Of a DNA stretch of 64,000 bases, positions 1 through 11,044 are shown one piece after another (position 1 is the first letter of the stretch; each line of letters begins with the position of its first letter). The notes under the pieces were generated by a model. It made no database searches and had not been told where the DNA came from. It worked only from the letters and a program-made list of their open reading frames with translations. The position numbers and the translations under genes were made by a program. The DNA lies in the sequence record KT919972.1; one strand, given 5' to 3'.

Positions 1-1
1 T

Positions 2-1033
2 TCGATTGGTGGTGGTTATGCTGAAGGCACGGAGCGTATTCGCGAACTAGCCCCTATTTTCAGAGAGTCGCAGCGTCGTTGTGTTACTAAACTTGACTAT
101 GAAACATTTGTTTCTCAGAAGTTCGGTAACATCGTTCAGTCTGTTCAGGCGTTTGGAAGCTCAGATAAGCCAGGTTATGTGTTTATCTCGATTAAGCCGA
201 AGAGCGGGTTGACACTTCCACAAGTAGCGCGACAAGACATCGAAGAATATTTGAAAGAATTCAATATTGTTACAGTGACGCCTAAAGTTGTTGACCCCGA
301 TTACTTGTATGTAAAACACAATCTAAGAATCAACTACCGTACAGGTTCATTGGCTGAAGGTGCTGATTATTTGAAAGCTCAAATTATCAATGCGATTTCA
401 GATTATTACTACAATGATGTTGAGATCTTCAATGCATCGTTCCATGTTTCTAAAATGTTGAGCTATGTTGATGAAGCTCACCCGTCAATTCTAGGTTCTA
501 GATGTGACATCAGTTTAATTCGTGAATTAGCGAATTTTGCTCAAACGCCTATGAGTGGCTATAGTTTCTTAAACCCGATTACTGAGCGTTCTGTAAAATC
601 AGAAGATATCATGTTCACACCGGGCGGTTATGACGTGCAGATCAGAACGACAGCCGCACGAACTGCACCGACCGAAGAAGATATCGGTACGATGTTATTG
701 GGTCCATTTGCACCCGGTGATATTACAAACCCGCTAGACCCAGAAACTGGCTTGCCTACGGGTGCTTATACTGATAACGACTTTGATCGTGAAGTAATCG
801 GCTCGCGCAGCTTATACTACCGAATTGGTACTATCAACTACGCATCAGGTATGATGGACTATGATTTCATCAACTTGGGGATAAACTCAGCAGATTGGGA
901 TGTGACTGGTAATTTGATTGTATCAGCTTCGCCTACACGATCTAATATATACACAGATGACGGTAGCTTGATCGTATATGAGAACGAGCTTCGTCCTCAA
1001 TACACAGATATCGTTCTTGAGGGTATTTCTTAA
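2..1033 (+). CDS. gp6: Baseplate wedge protein gp6 (5'-truncated by window edge)
   Basis: The frame is open from position 2 (SIGGGYAEGTERIRELAPIFRESQRRCVTKLDYE...YISIKP), which is T4 gp6-like. It lies directly upstream of gp7/gp8. Confidence 0.93.
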   Translation, partial: SIGGGYAEGTERIRELAPIFRESQRRCVTKLDYETFVSQKFGNIVQSVQAFGSSDKPGYVFISIKPKSGLTLPQVARQDIEEYLKEFNIVTVTPKVVDPDYLYVKHNLRINYRTGSLAEGADYLKAQIINAISDYYYNDVEIFNASFHVSKMLSYVDEAHPSILGSRCDISLIRELANFAQTPMSGYSFLNPITERSVKSEDIMFTPGGYDVQIRTTAARTAPTEEDIGTMLLGPFAPGDITNPLDPETGLPTGAYTDNDFDREVIGSRSLYYRIGTINYASGMMDYDFINLGINSADWDVTGNLIVSASPTRSNIYTDDGSLIVYENELRPQYTDIVLEGIS

Positions 1034-4000
1034 TGGCAAACGTATTACAAGCACCTCCAATTATGGGGGTGTCTATTGACAAATTGACGCGAAACTATGC
1101 GGAACTTTCATGGTCAACCGTGGGCGAAAACTTTCGCTACGAGATTCATGTTCGTTCGGCTGTTAGTGCAGAAATTCTTCTAACACAAAGTTTCACAGCG
1201 TTATACCCTAACCCGTTTACTAGCGAAACGAGGTTGTTTACGAATATTAACAGTTCTGTTCGTTATTATCAATGGAGAATTCGTTCTGTTTACAAGGGTT
1301 TTGAACCGAGTGAGTGGGTTACATCTGATATCGGGTATACGTCGGACACAAACGATTACGACATCACGACTCAAGACGAATTCATTCCCGCATCTTCATT
1401 CATTGAAGAGCGTTTGAATAACGACAACGACCAATACCTAAACAGTCGCAACAACCTGCAAGCTACCCTAGTACGACCAGGTTTTGAATTTGACCCTAAT
1501 ATGTTTAACGTCGAATCAGCGGCATATTGGTTTGTTACAAATCCCGGTTTTAGTGCAAATTATGGCAAAGTCCCAACTGTATGTCAGAACGTTGATCGCG
1601 TAATCCCTGTTGTTATAGACGATGTTATATATGCGTTCGAACGCTGGCAACAAGTTTGTAAAGTGTCTAACGACGGCGGTAGAACATGGCAGACATATAA
1701 AGCAACGAACTCAAGACTAGGGAACCCAGTCTATGATTGCATCTGTAAGCAGTCTAACGCATTTAGTTACCTACTAGGGTATGATTACCTTATTCAAGGC
1801 GTACAATCGAATGACGTTGATTACTCGCACGATAATGGGCTTGAATATTCACATGCATCGGTTGATTTGACGTTCGATAAACTAGACTTCGACTTAGGGT
1901 TTGGGTTCGATGTTGAGCGTTTCAAAGATTTGGCTATATTACCACCACAAGTGCGTAACAAAGCAGACGCTTTCGGCGTTGATGATGTAATGTCCGTTGT
2001 AACATACGCAAACACCTACGTGTGGCATAACAACAGAATCCCGCGAATTTTCGATAACGTATTATCAGAACTATATGGCGAACGTATTTTCGAAACAACG
2101 GGCGAATTAAACAACGAACCTGTTTACTTTGAAGATAAGATTGTGAAAAACGACGCGAGTCGACCTAATTTTGATGAAAACACAGCAGATGTGTGTGTTA
2201 AGAAAATTCAGTACTTCGACGACCCAGAGCAAGGTCTCGATTATCAAGACGGAAATATGTTCGCGCTAGTCATAGGTGAGTGGGAGCATGACGAGAACGG
2301 TAAACGAATCGGTACATCTGACCCGAATGAGATTCGCGGTGTTTATCGACTAAATCGCACAGCGACATTGAGAGATGGTATCGTTATTGGTTACACTGGC
2401 TTGACATGGGAACGTGTATACGGAAACATTGAAGAAGAACGCGAACTTCTAAACGAACGTTCAGTTATTTCACGTGACAACACTCATTTGATTGTAGGTC
2501 ACGATCTAACAAAGAACTACGGTGAAGAAGGCAACCCAGCTTACGACAATCGTCAAGAGTCTAGCGGTGCACCTGGTAATTTCCACTCAACTGCGGGTGA
2601 TAACTACGGTACAATAGATGACCCGTATCTAGTTTCAGACAACGATGAAGTTGACGAAGCTGTTCGTATGTTCACTAAACCGTTCTTTACAACATACGTT
2701 AAGCCGATGACACAGATTATCGCGACGAAAGACGGTGATGATTGGTACTACAAGCCGCAAGATTATTACGGATCCGCGCATTTCAACTGGATGCAGCGTG
2801 CTGAAACACGTGATTGGAAATCTTGGGCAAATGAAATCATGTACTACAAGAAAGAGTCAATTTTCAGAAGCGATTTTGAAGATCTAGACGAATATAAATG
2901 GAAAGAGACATTTGACGAAGGTGAATACAAACTGGAAGCTCCTAATCTATCGATTTTCGGGTTTAATGGTTATGCAGCAGGTGCGATCATTCACAGCGCG
3001 AACGACAACAAGGTAATAGGTTACTACAAGTTTCCATATCGCGTTGACATCACAGCGCCAATTCGCTGGTCGCCTGAGCGTCGTGTAATCACGGCTAGTT
3101 TGTCTAATTATTCTCCAGTAATTATCGAGCCGCCTGAAGAAGACCCAACAAGTATGCTCGACCCGACTCTGACACCATTGATTTACAAGATGATGCCAGA
3201 GAATTATCTCGATGCAGACGGGTTTTACAAGAGTTTTGCAAAGCACTACTTAGATTTCATCAGTAAAGGTGATGGTACGGCTTATAATAACGTGTATAAC
3301 TTGCTTAACAGCAAAAACCCACTTGACGACCATTACACTGAGTATCTACACAAATTAGTATACGAGCGAAATCGTATTCTAGAGCCAGAGAAACGTGATG
3401 CAGTTGTTAAATTTTTCTTGGCTCGACGTGCAGATTTTTACAGCACTAAAGGTATTTTAGACTCATACAAGTTCTTGTTCAAGTTACTGTACAACGAAGA
3501 TGTTGAAGTTGAAATAGAATCGCTTAACACGTTTGAATATTCAATCGTTGTTAACTCAAATGACGTAACCGATGATGTGGTAGGTCGTAGAATTTATTCA
3601 GAGACAGGCAACGCAGACGTGACATATGTTGACCGTCATTACATTGAAGGTAAACGTTACTGGAAATTGACTTTGAACAACTTAATCGGTGAGTTGAACA
3701 TCGGCGACACGTTAGAAATCGACGGTCTGGAATTCACTGCAACTGCGATTACTCGCGTACAAGGTGAACGAATCGACTACGATTCAAATGAATTTCTTGA
3801 TCGAAGCAAATCATACTACGTTATGAAGATTCGTTCTGAGATTCAGCTTAGTCAGTACAAAGATGATGTAATTCGATTTGTACACCCAATTGGGTTTGGG
3901 TTCTTAGGTATTACGTTGCTGACAGTATTGATCAATCACGGTATCTCAGTCAACCACCACGAAACGATTGTAGATTCATACAGATTGATTCGCTATGACA

Positions 4001-4530
4001 ACGGTATAGGGAATAACTTCACTGAAGAAACTTCATTGCTTGATGGTAACGACGATAGAATTTACAACTCGTTCGGTGAACTTCAATTGAAGCCACACCT
4101 GTTAGCACTAGAAGACCCGCTTGATCATGCGATTCAAGATCGATTGACTAATACACAGGGTATTACAATCATCGACTACAACAACTACTGGGCTAATGAT
4201 CGTGTAATTGCTTTAGATGAGTATTCAGCTATCGACGAGCAACGATATATAGAAACAGACACGGGTGATATCAACGATGAATGGGGCGGTAAGAAACGTG
4301 TTCTGAATCCCAATTACAACCCAACTGCGAAAGTTCAATCAGCAGACGCAAACGGGTCGGTATATTGGGGAATGACAGCATACGAACGAGCTCCTGCATT
4401 TATGTTTGACTGGTCAGCAGCATCGACGAGTATTTCAGATATGTACGAAGATTCTGATTACAGATTGAAAGACAACGTTGGCAACCCATATGACCCAGTA
4501 ACGCCGACTCAAAAACAAATAGGTGAATAA
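1033..4530 (+). CDS. gp7: Baseplate wedge initiator gp7
   Basis: 1165 aa. N-terminal Fn3-like domain, C-terminal FYSTKGILDSYKFLFKLLYNE and FVHPIGFGF motifs. Synteny 6-7-8, with TAATG overlap. Confidence 0.93.
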   Translation: MANVLQAPPIMGVSIDKLTRNYAELSWSTVGENFRYEIHVRSAVSAEILLTQSFTALYPNPFTSETRLFTNINSSVRYYQWRIRSVYKGFEPSEWVTSDIGYTSDTNDYDITTQDEFIPASSFIEERLNNDNDQYLNSRNNLQATLVRPGFEFDPNMFNVESAAYWFVTNPGFSANYGKVPTVCQNVDRVIPVVIDDVIYAFERWQQVCKVSNDGGRTWQTYKATNSRLGNPVYDCICKQSNAFSYLLGYDYLIQGVQSNDVDYSHDNGLEYSHASVDLTFDKLDFDLGFGFDVERFKDLAILPPQVRNKADAFGVDDVMSVVTYANTYVWHNNRIPRIFDNVLSELYGERIFETTGELNNEPVYFEDKIVKNDASRPNFDENTADVCVKKIQYFDDPEQGLDYQDGNMFALVIGEWEHDENGKRIGTSDPNEIRGVYRLNRTATLRDGIVIGYTGLTWERVYGNIEEERELLNERSVISRDNTHLIVGHDLTKNYGEEGNPAYDNRQESSGAPGNFHSTAGDNYGTIDDPYLVSDNDEVDEAVRMFTKPFFTTYVKPMTQIIATKDGDDWYYKPQDYYGSAHFNWMQRAETRDWKSWANEIMYYKKESIFRSDFEDLDEYKWKETFDEGEYKLEAPNLSIFGFNGYAAGAIIHSANDNKVIGYYKFPYRVDITAPIRWSPERRVITASLSNYSPVIIEPPEEDPTSMLDPTLTPLIYKMMPENYLDADGFYKSFAKHYLDFISKGDGTAYNNVYNLLNSKNPLDDHYTEYLHKLVYERNRILEPEKRDAVVKFFLARRADFYSTKGILDSYKFLFKLLYNEDVEVEIESLNTFEYSIVVNSNDVTDDVVGRRIYSETGNADVTYVDRHYIEGKRYWKLTLNNLIGELNIGDTLEIDGLEFTATAITRVQGERIDYDSNEFLDRSKSYYVMKIRSEIQLSQYKDDVIRFVHPIGFGFLGITLLTVLINHGISVNHHETIVDSYRLIRYDNGIGNNFTEETSLLDGNDDRIYNSFGELQLKPHLLALEDPLDHAIQDRLTNTQGITIIDYNNYWANDRVIALDEYSAIDEQRYIETDTGDINDEWGGKKRVLNPNYNPTAKVQSADANGSVYWGMTAYERAPAFMFDWSAASTSISDMYEDSDYRLKDNVGNPYDPVTPTQKQIGE

Positions 4531-5554
4531 AGTGGCAAAAATTTACAGATCAACAATCACAACAGAGTATCGAGTTAATAACTTGATGAACTTCTACGAA
4601 AACGTAGGTGATGACGACGACAAGAACACAATTTACCTTATGTTCGGTCGTAACGAGCCTTGGTCAGACCGCGAAGATGAAATAAACTTCGCGCCGCCTT
4701 ACCCAAACGATAGCCCAGATGGGAAAGCAGACGTTTGGGCGCGTGCGCTAGGTCTGATTAAGATTCCAAAATCACAGCTTCGCCCTGTTATTCCTCGTAA
4801 GGACTGGGGCGACCCTGACCTAAACGATTCACTTCGTTTCACATTTGGCGATATCGTGACAGTTAACACGATGTCAATCAACAGTCACCCGAGCGCATTG
4901 AACGGCTATATGGTTTATCGATGTGTCGATATTCCAGAGACTGACCCGAATAACACAAACATTCGTGGTACATGTTCAATATCAACAGTCACAAATAAAA
5001 ATGATTGTGTAGCAGTTGGGGGTGAATGGAATGCACCGTCGTCACCCGGTAACCAAGAGAATATCCCTCATGGTACAGGGAATGCGATTGAAACAGGTGA
5101 CGGTTACGTATGGGAATATCTATACACTATCCCGCCGAATGAAGTCTTAACGAACGTGACAAAAGAATACATCGTTTGTCCGTTCCCTAACGACATCATC
5201 GAAAATCGAGTTGCGTGGGGTCTTGATCAGAATATCGTATTCAACGAGAACTACGACGAAACTATTTTCAACGTAGGTGCAGTTCAGTTACGATTCCGAG
5301 CTAAATTAGCTGGCTCTGACTTTATTCACTTATTCGGTCCCGGGAATAACGGGTATCGTCAGATTTCACTTGTTCAGAACCCATTATTGATTCGTCAAGA
5401 CGGTGATACCGAAGACACGAAAGCGACTGAAGTTAGATACGACCCGCATGAGATACAAGCAGGAACAGGTCAAATCATCTACATGGAAAACCGTCAGCCG
5501 ATTCGTAAAACATTAGATCAAGTAGAAGAATTCAATCTGATCTACAACTTCTAA
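4523..5554 (+). CDS. gp8: Baseplate wedge protein gp8
   Basis: IYRSTITTEYRVNNLMNFY, APPYPND, PRKDWGD, GDGYVWEYLYTIPP and YMENRQPIR motifs typical of gp8. Confidence 0.96.
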   Translation: MNKVAKIYRSTITTEYRVNNLMNFYENVGDDDDKNTIYLMFGRNEPWSDREDEINFAPPYPNDSPDGKADVWARALGLIKIPKSQLRPVIPRKDWGDPDLNDSLRFTFGDIVTVNTMSINSHPSALNGYMVYRCVDIPETDPNNTNIRGTCSISTVTNKNDCVAVGGEWNAPSSPGNQENIPHGTGNAIETGDGYVWEYLYTIPPNEVLTNVTKEYIVCPFPNDIIENRVAWGLDQNIVFNENYDETIFNVGAVQLRFRAKLAGSDFIHLFGPGNNGYRQISLVQNPLLIRQDGDTEDTKATEVRYDPHEIQAGTGQIIYMENRQPIRKTLDQVEEFNLIYNF

Positions 5555-5607
5555 TAAATACAGTAAATAACTCATAAGGCGCAAATGCGCCTTCCTTGGA
5601 GAAAGAA

Positions 5608-6564
5608 ATGGGACGTAATAGATTAGAAACTGGTACGGCGGGTTCGGTCGGTACTGGTGATACAATTCACAACGGTGGTAATAAGCTGCGTGATAACTCA
5701 GATGAGTTTTACCATATTAATGCAGACTTTGAGCTAACCGATGCAGGTGAAAACTATATCCCTGCATATAATGACATCGCGCCTAGACCTCATGCGGGAG
5801 GTTATTGGCAGAGGATTCCACCTAGTTCTACTGCGGGTGGTTCGGGTGGTCCGAACAATACAAACTTACTGACATCAATCGTAACAGGCGGTAAATATGA
5901 CATAGACACGTCATCATTAGGCGGCGGTGCATCAATGACGTTGAATTTACCGAAGATTGGCACGACAGCAGGGATGGCAAAACGCGGTGAGCGAATAGAG
6001 TTTCAGAACACAACAGCAACATTAGATACAAACCCGATTGTACTAGCACCATCATCAGGAGACGCTATTGTAGGTGCCCCAGAACTTAACGGAACTCAAA
6101 TTGTTCGTACAAATCGATGTCATATCATCTGCACTGTCATTGACGATGGTACGGGATTAGCAGGAACGCCGCAGTGGGGTGTCAAAATCAACCCGATTGC
6201 AGGTGACTTCGGTGCGCCAGTTAATGACACGATTTACTCAATTCCAGACACGGTGACAGTTACAATGCCGCTATTCGATATTCAATCGTATGCAGCATGT
6301 AAATTGATGGTTTATGCAGAGAATAGTGACCCTCTACAGGGTGGTGCTGTTACTCGACGCATGTCATCGGAATTGTTGCTGCTAAATAACATAACAGACG
6401 TTTATATTGATGAATATTCAGTAATCAATACAGACAAAGATTTTGGTAACTTGATTCTGATTGAACCGCGAGTTGACGCTGGCAACATCGTTCTTGATAT
6501 TACATCAAACGACGACAATGTTTCAATTGCTATCAAATCTATCGAAACAATCAGACTATCGTAA
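5608..6564 (+). CDS. gp9: Baseplate wedge / long tail fibre connector gp9
   Basis: The N-terminus TGTAGSVGTGDTIHNGGNKL resembles T4 gp9. Start moved to ATG 5608, which follows a GGAG SD. Confidence 0.9.
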   Translation: MGRNRLETGTAGSVGTGDTIHNGGNKLRDNSDEFYHINADFELTDAGENYIPAYNDIAPRPHAGGYWQRIPPSSTAGGSGGPNNTNLLTSIVTGGKYDIDTSSLGGGASMTLNLPKIGTTAGMAKRGERIEFQNTTATLDTNPIVLAPSSGDAIVGAPELNGTQIVRTNRCHIICTVIDDGTGLAGTPQWGVKINPIAGDFGAPVNDTIYSIPDTVTVTMPLFDIQSYAACKLMVYAENSDPLQGGAVTRRMSSELLLLNNITDVYIDEYSVINTDKDFGNLILIEPRVDAGNIVLDITSNDDNVSIAIKSIETIRLS

Positions 6565-6573
6565 GGGACAATA

Positions 6574-8820
6574 ATGAAACAGACGATCAACGTCGGACAA
6601 ATTGTCGATGACGGTACTGGTGATTACCTAAGAGTAGGTGGCATTAAGACCCGTGACAACTTCGACGAAATATACAGTCAATTAGGCGACGGTAGCAGAT
6701 TATATGCTGCCGGTGCTTGGCGCAATTGGAAATTTGCATCTACATATCTAAACGGTGATACATCGTACAACCCTGCTAACGCTGAACTGTATTTCGACGA
6801 GAACGGCGATGGTCAGGGACCTGAATTGCGCGTAAGCTTTGGTGAATCATGGACTATCGATACGTCACTGGGTCCAGTTGATGTATATCTACCTAGTGGT
6901 GTTGAAGAAGCAGACTACGGTAAAGCAATTCGTTTGCGTGACGTTAAAGGCACATGGTCTAAGCAGCTTGTAACAGTATACCCAGACCCTAAAGACTCGA
7001 TAAAACGTGTCGCAGGTTCAACTCAAAACGACCTAGGTTCTGGCGCTGAATTCGGGAATGCATATCAAGATCTTGAGCTTGTATTCACCCCACCACGTCA
7101 TTGGGAATATGTTGCACAGAAATACGTAAACGGTTTGACATTCGGTGACATTCCTAGTGTTCTACGTCGAGCAATCATCGCACGACAAGACCAGCGTGAT
7201 TTCAACGTATCACTTGAATTAAATGGTGGGTTATACAACCAAGCTGCGGTAGAAGTGTATCGTCGTGGTAACTTGTTATACTTCGGTGACGAACTTAGCG
7301 ACTTCAGCGACTATGGTTCAATCCCGCTTCACACTGTTGAAGCATGGGTATCAAACAACCCAGAAACATATCACGTTGGTGATTTAGTACGAGGTGACGC
7401 TGTTACAGGTCGTGATGACCGCATCTGGCAATGTCTAGAAGAACACAACAGCATCGGCGCATGGGAAGAGTCTAAATGGGCTGAATTCGCAGATTTCCCA
7501 GAGTATGTAGACCACGCGGGTAGTACTGCATATGCAGTTGGTGATATCGTAACTCAAGACCACAATGGTTACTCTCAGACATTTGAATGTTTGATTTCAC
7601 ATACATCAGCATCGGGATATACAGATCTAACGGCTGATTCTCGTTGGAGACAGTTGACAAACGATGATCTAGCTCCGCTTGACGGTAGAACGATTCGTTT
7701 GCGTTTGGCTGCAAATGACGCTGACCCAATTGCGTTTATTACATACTTGAGTGACGTGTCGAGCTTCCGTAGTAGCTACGTTTTAAAATCAATTAAAGTG
7801 ATCGACCAAAACAACTATGCAGTAGACGAATCACCGGGACAAATCGTACGTAAAGATTTCGTACCTGACATGCAAATCACGTTGAGTGATTTCGGTCTTC
7901 CTGATTATACGCAGTTTAACACAGAAACACTAGAAGTATTAGTCAATGGTTCTCAGTTAACCAAGTCGAATACAGCAGGTAATGGTGATAGTCTAGCAGG
8001 CGGTGAATATGATTACGATTATATTCAAGACTCGGAAGGTCGTTGGAATACGATTGTTTTCGCTGACCCGTTAATCGATAGCGACATTGTAACAGTTCGT
8101 TGGTATGACAACGTGATAGGTACATTGCTTACGTGGGATGACGGCGACGATAACTTGCAACAAAGAACCCGTGAGATTTTCGTTTCACGTGACGACTGGG
8201 CAGACGTACGACGCTCAAACAAGATCATGTACACCGACCCGCAAAACCCATCAGCGGCAGTAACTGAAGTTCTGCCAGACCCTGAGACGTTTGCACCGGG
8301 CGGTACGCTGACATCACTGTTTGAAAGTATCTTCCCTATTGGTTCGGTATACACAAATGCAAACAACCCGAATAACCCAGCCGATTATATGGGCTTTGGT
8401 ACATGGGTTCGATATGCAGAAGGGCGTACTGTCGTGGGTTGGAACCCAAATGACGACGGTAAGTTCCATCGAAACAATAACAATGAAAATATCGTTCAAG
8501 CAGGTGGTACGGGTGGTTCGATTGGTGTGACTCTTACTCAAGAGAATATCCCTGAGCTAATCAGTACAACAAACCCAGATTACGCGAATGATTCTTCGCG
8601 TGATATTAACAACATCACCGAACAATATAGTTTAGTTGCACGTTCAGCTACTTCAGGTGGTGACATTAACTTGAATGGTTGTTTAGGCGACCCTGAAAAC
8701 ACTACGCCGTTAGCTTACTACAAAGAAGAGCCAATCAAGGTCAATCATGGTCAGGTGGCTCAGGCGGTTGACGTAACTCAGCCATATATCACTGCATACA
8801 CTTGGATAAGGACTGCATAA
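6574..8820 (+). CDS. gp10: Baseplate wedge subunit gp10 with internal carbohydrate-binding-like insert
   Basis: MKQTINVGQIVDDGTGDYLRVGGIK N-terminus and QPYITAYTWIRTA C-terminus as in T4 gp10. At 748 aa it is longer than T4 gp10. Confidence 0.95.
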   Translation: MKQTINVGQIVDDGTGDYLRVGGIKTRDNFDEIYSQLGDGSRLYAAGAWRNWKFASTYLNGDTSYNPANAELYFDENGDGQGPELRVSFGESWTIDTSLGPVDVYLPSGVEEADYGKAIRLRDVKGTWSKQLVTVYPDPKDSIKRVAGSTQNDLGSGAEFGNAYQDLELVFTPPRHWEYVAQKYVNGLTFGDIPSVLRRAIIARQDQRDFNVSLELNGGLYNQAAVEVYRRGNLLYFGDELSDFSDYGSIPLHTVEAWVSNNPETYHVGDLVRGDAVTGRDDRIWQCLEEHNSIGAWEESKWAEFADFPEYVDHAGSTAYAVGDIVTQDHNGYSQTFECLISHTSASGYTDLTADSRWRQLTNDDLAPLDGRTIRLRLAANDADPIAFITYLSDVSSFRSSYVLKSIKVIDQNNYAVDESPGQIVRKDFVPDMQITLSDFGLPDYTQFNTETLEVLVNGSQLTKSNTAGNGDSLAGGEYDYDYIQDSEGRWNTIVFADPLIDSDIVTVRWYDNVIGTLLTWDDGDDNLQQRTREIFVSRDDWADVRRSNKIMYTDPQNPSAAVTEVLPDPETFAPGGTLTSLFESIFPIGSVYTNANNPNNPADYMGFGTWVRYAEGRTVVGWNPNDDGKFHRNNNNENIVQAGGTGGSIGVTLTQENIPELISTTNPDYANDSSRDINNITEQYSLVARSATSGGDINLNGCLGDPENTTPLAYYKEEPIKVNHGQVAQAVDVTQPYITAYTWIRTA

Positions 8821-9506
8821 TGACGACTAAAGCAAGACATGCGTCACAAGTGTGGAGTAATGACTCACGCATGAAAGTTTTCGATCAAGATGCGATTAGC
8901 GACTCGGGTTTATTCCCGGGTGATCGCTTCAATTTCCGCGGTGCGGTATTGGGCGATTCGACAATCGATGAGATTCAAGACGGTGCGTGGGACCCAAACG
9001 TGCAAGCTGCGATTATGCAGCTTGCTATGGCAGCAATTATGCCAGTAGGGACAATCATTGCTTCAACTGACGCTTCGAACCCATTCAACACAAATCAATT
9101 TAATGAAACGATTACGTACAACGGTACATCGGGAGTTGAATACATAACGCTATACGGTGTTCCTGTTCAACTAGAAGTAGGCGATTCTGATAACGATATT
9201 GCAGAGAAAGTTTTCACTGCGTTACTAGAATCAGAGCTGTTTGACATGGTTCCGACAGATCATGTCCCACCATCAAACACGTTTCTTTTGAAGCACCGAA
9301 GCTCAAGACCGCACAATACAGCGTACACAGCGACGTTTGCAGACATTCTAGACCCTTTAGGGGCACCAACTGGGATTCAAGCGAAAAGCGTTGTCACGGG
9401 TACATCAGACGGTCAGACGAGTCTTGGTTACGGCGAGTGGGAATTATATCACACTGATTCAACTACATTCACAGACCCTGTGTATTATTACAGAAGGATT
9501 GCATAA
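8820..9506 (+). CDS. gp11: Baseplate wedge / short fibre connector gp11
   Basis: Lies between gp10 and gp12, with MPVGTII motif and YYYRRIA end. The TAATG overlap gives start 8820. Confidence 0.88.
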   Translation: MTTKARHASQVWSNDSRMKVFDQDAISDSGLFPGDRFNFRGAVLGDSTIDEIQDGAWDPNVQAAIMQLAMAAIMPVGTIIASTDASNPFNTNQFNETITYNGTSGVEYITLYGVPVQLEVGDSDNDIAEKVFTALLESELFDMVPTDHVPPSNTFLLKHRSSRPHNTAYTATFADILDPLGAPTGIQAKSVVTGTSDGQTSLGYGEWELYHTDSTTFTDPVYYYRRIA

Positions 9507-11044
9507 TGTCAGGAACAAACATATTCACGCACGCTAGTGATGCAGCGCAATATGTTTACCTACAGCCCTTCACATCGCCTGGTTCAGCGTTTGAGTCAGG
9601 CGGTGATGTGCAGAGTATAATGGAGCTATTTGACGATAGCGCATTAGCACCACTTCCGTCACTTCCGTATGCGACAACGACTGAGGTTGGTATTGTTGAG
9701 TACGCAACTCAAGCAGAAGCTAATGCACTTGACGACTTATTAACTGTAATCACACCAGCGTCACTAGACGGGGTTGATCAGTTCGTGTCTCCAGCAACCA
9801 GTACTCAGTTAGGTAATCTACAAGAATTGCGTAATACTGATTTGACAAGAACATATTCGTCATCAGATGCAAGTCGTTTGCTGTCATATCGCCGTCTAAA
9901 TGAAATGATGACGACTCGTAATGCACTAGCAGATGACACAACAAACGAATCACAAGGTTTTGCTGAGTTTGCAAATCTAAGCGAAACTTTAGCATATAAC
10001 CCTGATCGATTCATTTCTCCACTTAGAACGTGGAACTTAATTAAAGCAGAGATACCAAACCCTTGGGCTCAAGCGACAGAAACATACACGGGCGTGCTTC
10101 GTACTGTAGCAGAACGAGACGGGTATAAATCAGACGGTTCGATTGCAATTACAGTTAAAGGTCTGAATTACGTTAAAGCGACGACATCTAAGCGCGGTGC
10201 ATTCAAATTAACGCAGAACAATTATGAACGTAATGCAAGCGATTCCGATGAATATGCTATAACTCCCGGTACAATTGACAATCTAATAGCGACACCGACT
10301 AAACACGGGTTCTTTGAACTGCCAAGCTCGTATGTAAACGACTCAACGAAAGCCACAAGTGCTGCACTTGGTGTTGATTTGAATACACTATTGGGCCCAG
10401 ACGGTGGTACAATTACTGGTGTTTTGAAGTGCGACAACATTTACACAAACATCATTTCTCGTCAAAAGCAGAGCAGCTATGGTGGAACATATTACACAAC
10501 TGTGCGAGAGCAGAGAGAAATGTTCCCAAACAACCAATTAGACGCGAAGATCGGTCTCGAAGGGCGCCCTGTGGGTAGTATTTTTCACTGTACTTCATCA
10601 GTTGACCCGAATGAGATTTTCGGTGGCGTATGGTATAAGATGAGAGCAGGTCGAACTATGATGGGGCAGGGTATCGGTAATGATGGGTTCACTCGCAGAT
10701 ATTACGCAGCGGGTTCGTTCAGTGACATCGACCGTGTTCAGTTATACGAGAGTAATTTACCACAACACCAACACGCAGGTTGGGGTGAAGCATATACAGG
10801 CTCACGCGAGGGGTGTATTCGCTACGAAACTCATCGAAGCCCGTATGGTGTAACATATACGTGTGATGAATATAATACTGTCAGTTACTGGAGATTCGGT
10901 ATAACAGGTTCGCGTAATAATCCCGGTTCGAAATCTACTGATCGTGATAATTACATGTATTACAACGAAGCAGTTGGTGGTAATGAGCCGCATGAGAATA
11001 TGATGCCATACTACCCAGTTTACATTTGGAGACGAGTTAAATGA
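9506..11044 (+). CDS. gp12: Short tail fibre gp12, paralogue A
   Basis: N-terminal HASDAAQYV, ATTTEVGIVEYATQAE repeats, PVGSIF collar, HQH metal motif and C-terminal PHENMMPYYPVYIWRR. Confidence 0.88.
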   Translation: MSGTNIFTHASDAAQYVYLQPFTSPGSAFESGGDVQSIMELFDDSALAPLPSLPYATTTEVGIVEYATQAEANALDDLLTVITPASLDGVDQFVSPATSTQLGNLQELRNTDLTRTYSSSDASRLLSYRRLNEMMTTRNALADDTTNESQGFAEFANLSETLAYNPDRFISPLRTWNLIKAEIPNPWAQATETYTGVLRTVAERDGYKSDGSIAITVKGLNYVKATTSKRGAFKLTQNNYERNASDSDEYAITPGTIDNLIATPTKHGFFELPSSYVNDSTKATSAALGVDLNTLLGPDGGTITGVLKCDNIYTNIISRQKQSSYGGTYYTTVREQREMFPNNQLDAKIGLEGRPVGSIFHCTSSVDPNEIFGGVWYKMRAGRTMMGQGIGNDGFTRRYYAAGSFSDIDRVQLYESNLPQHQHAGWGEAYTGSREGCIRYETHRSPYGVTYTCDEYNTVSYWRFGITGSRNNPGSKSTDRDNYMYYNEAVGGNEPHENMMPYYPVYIWRRVK

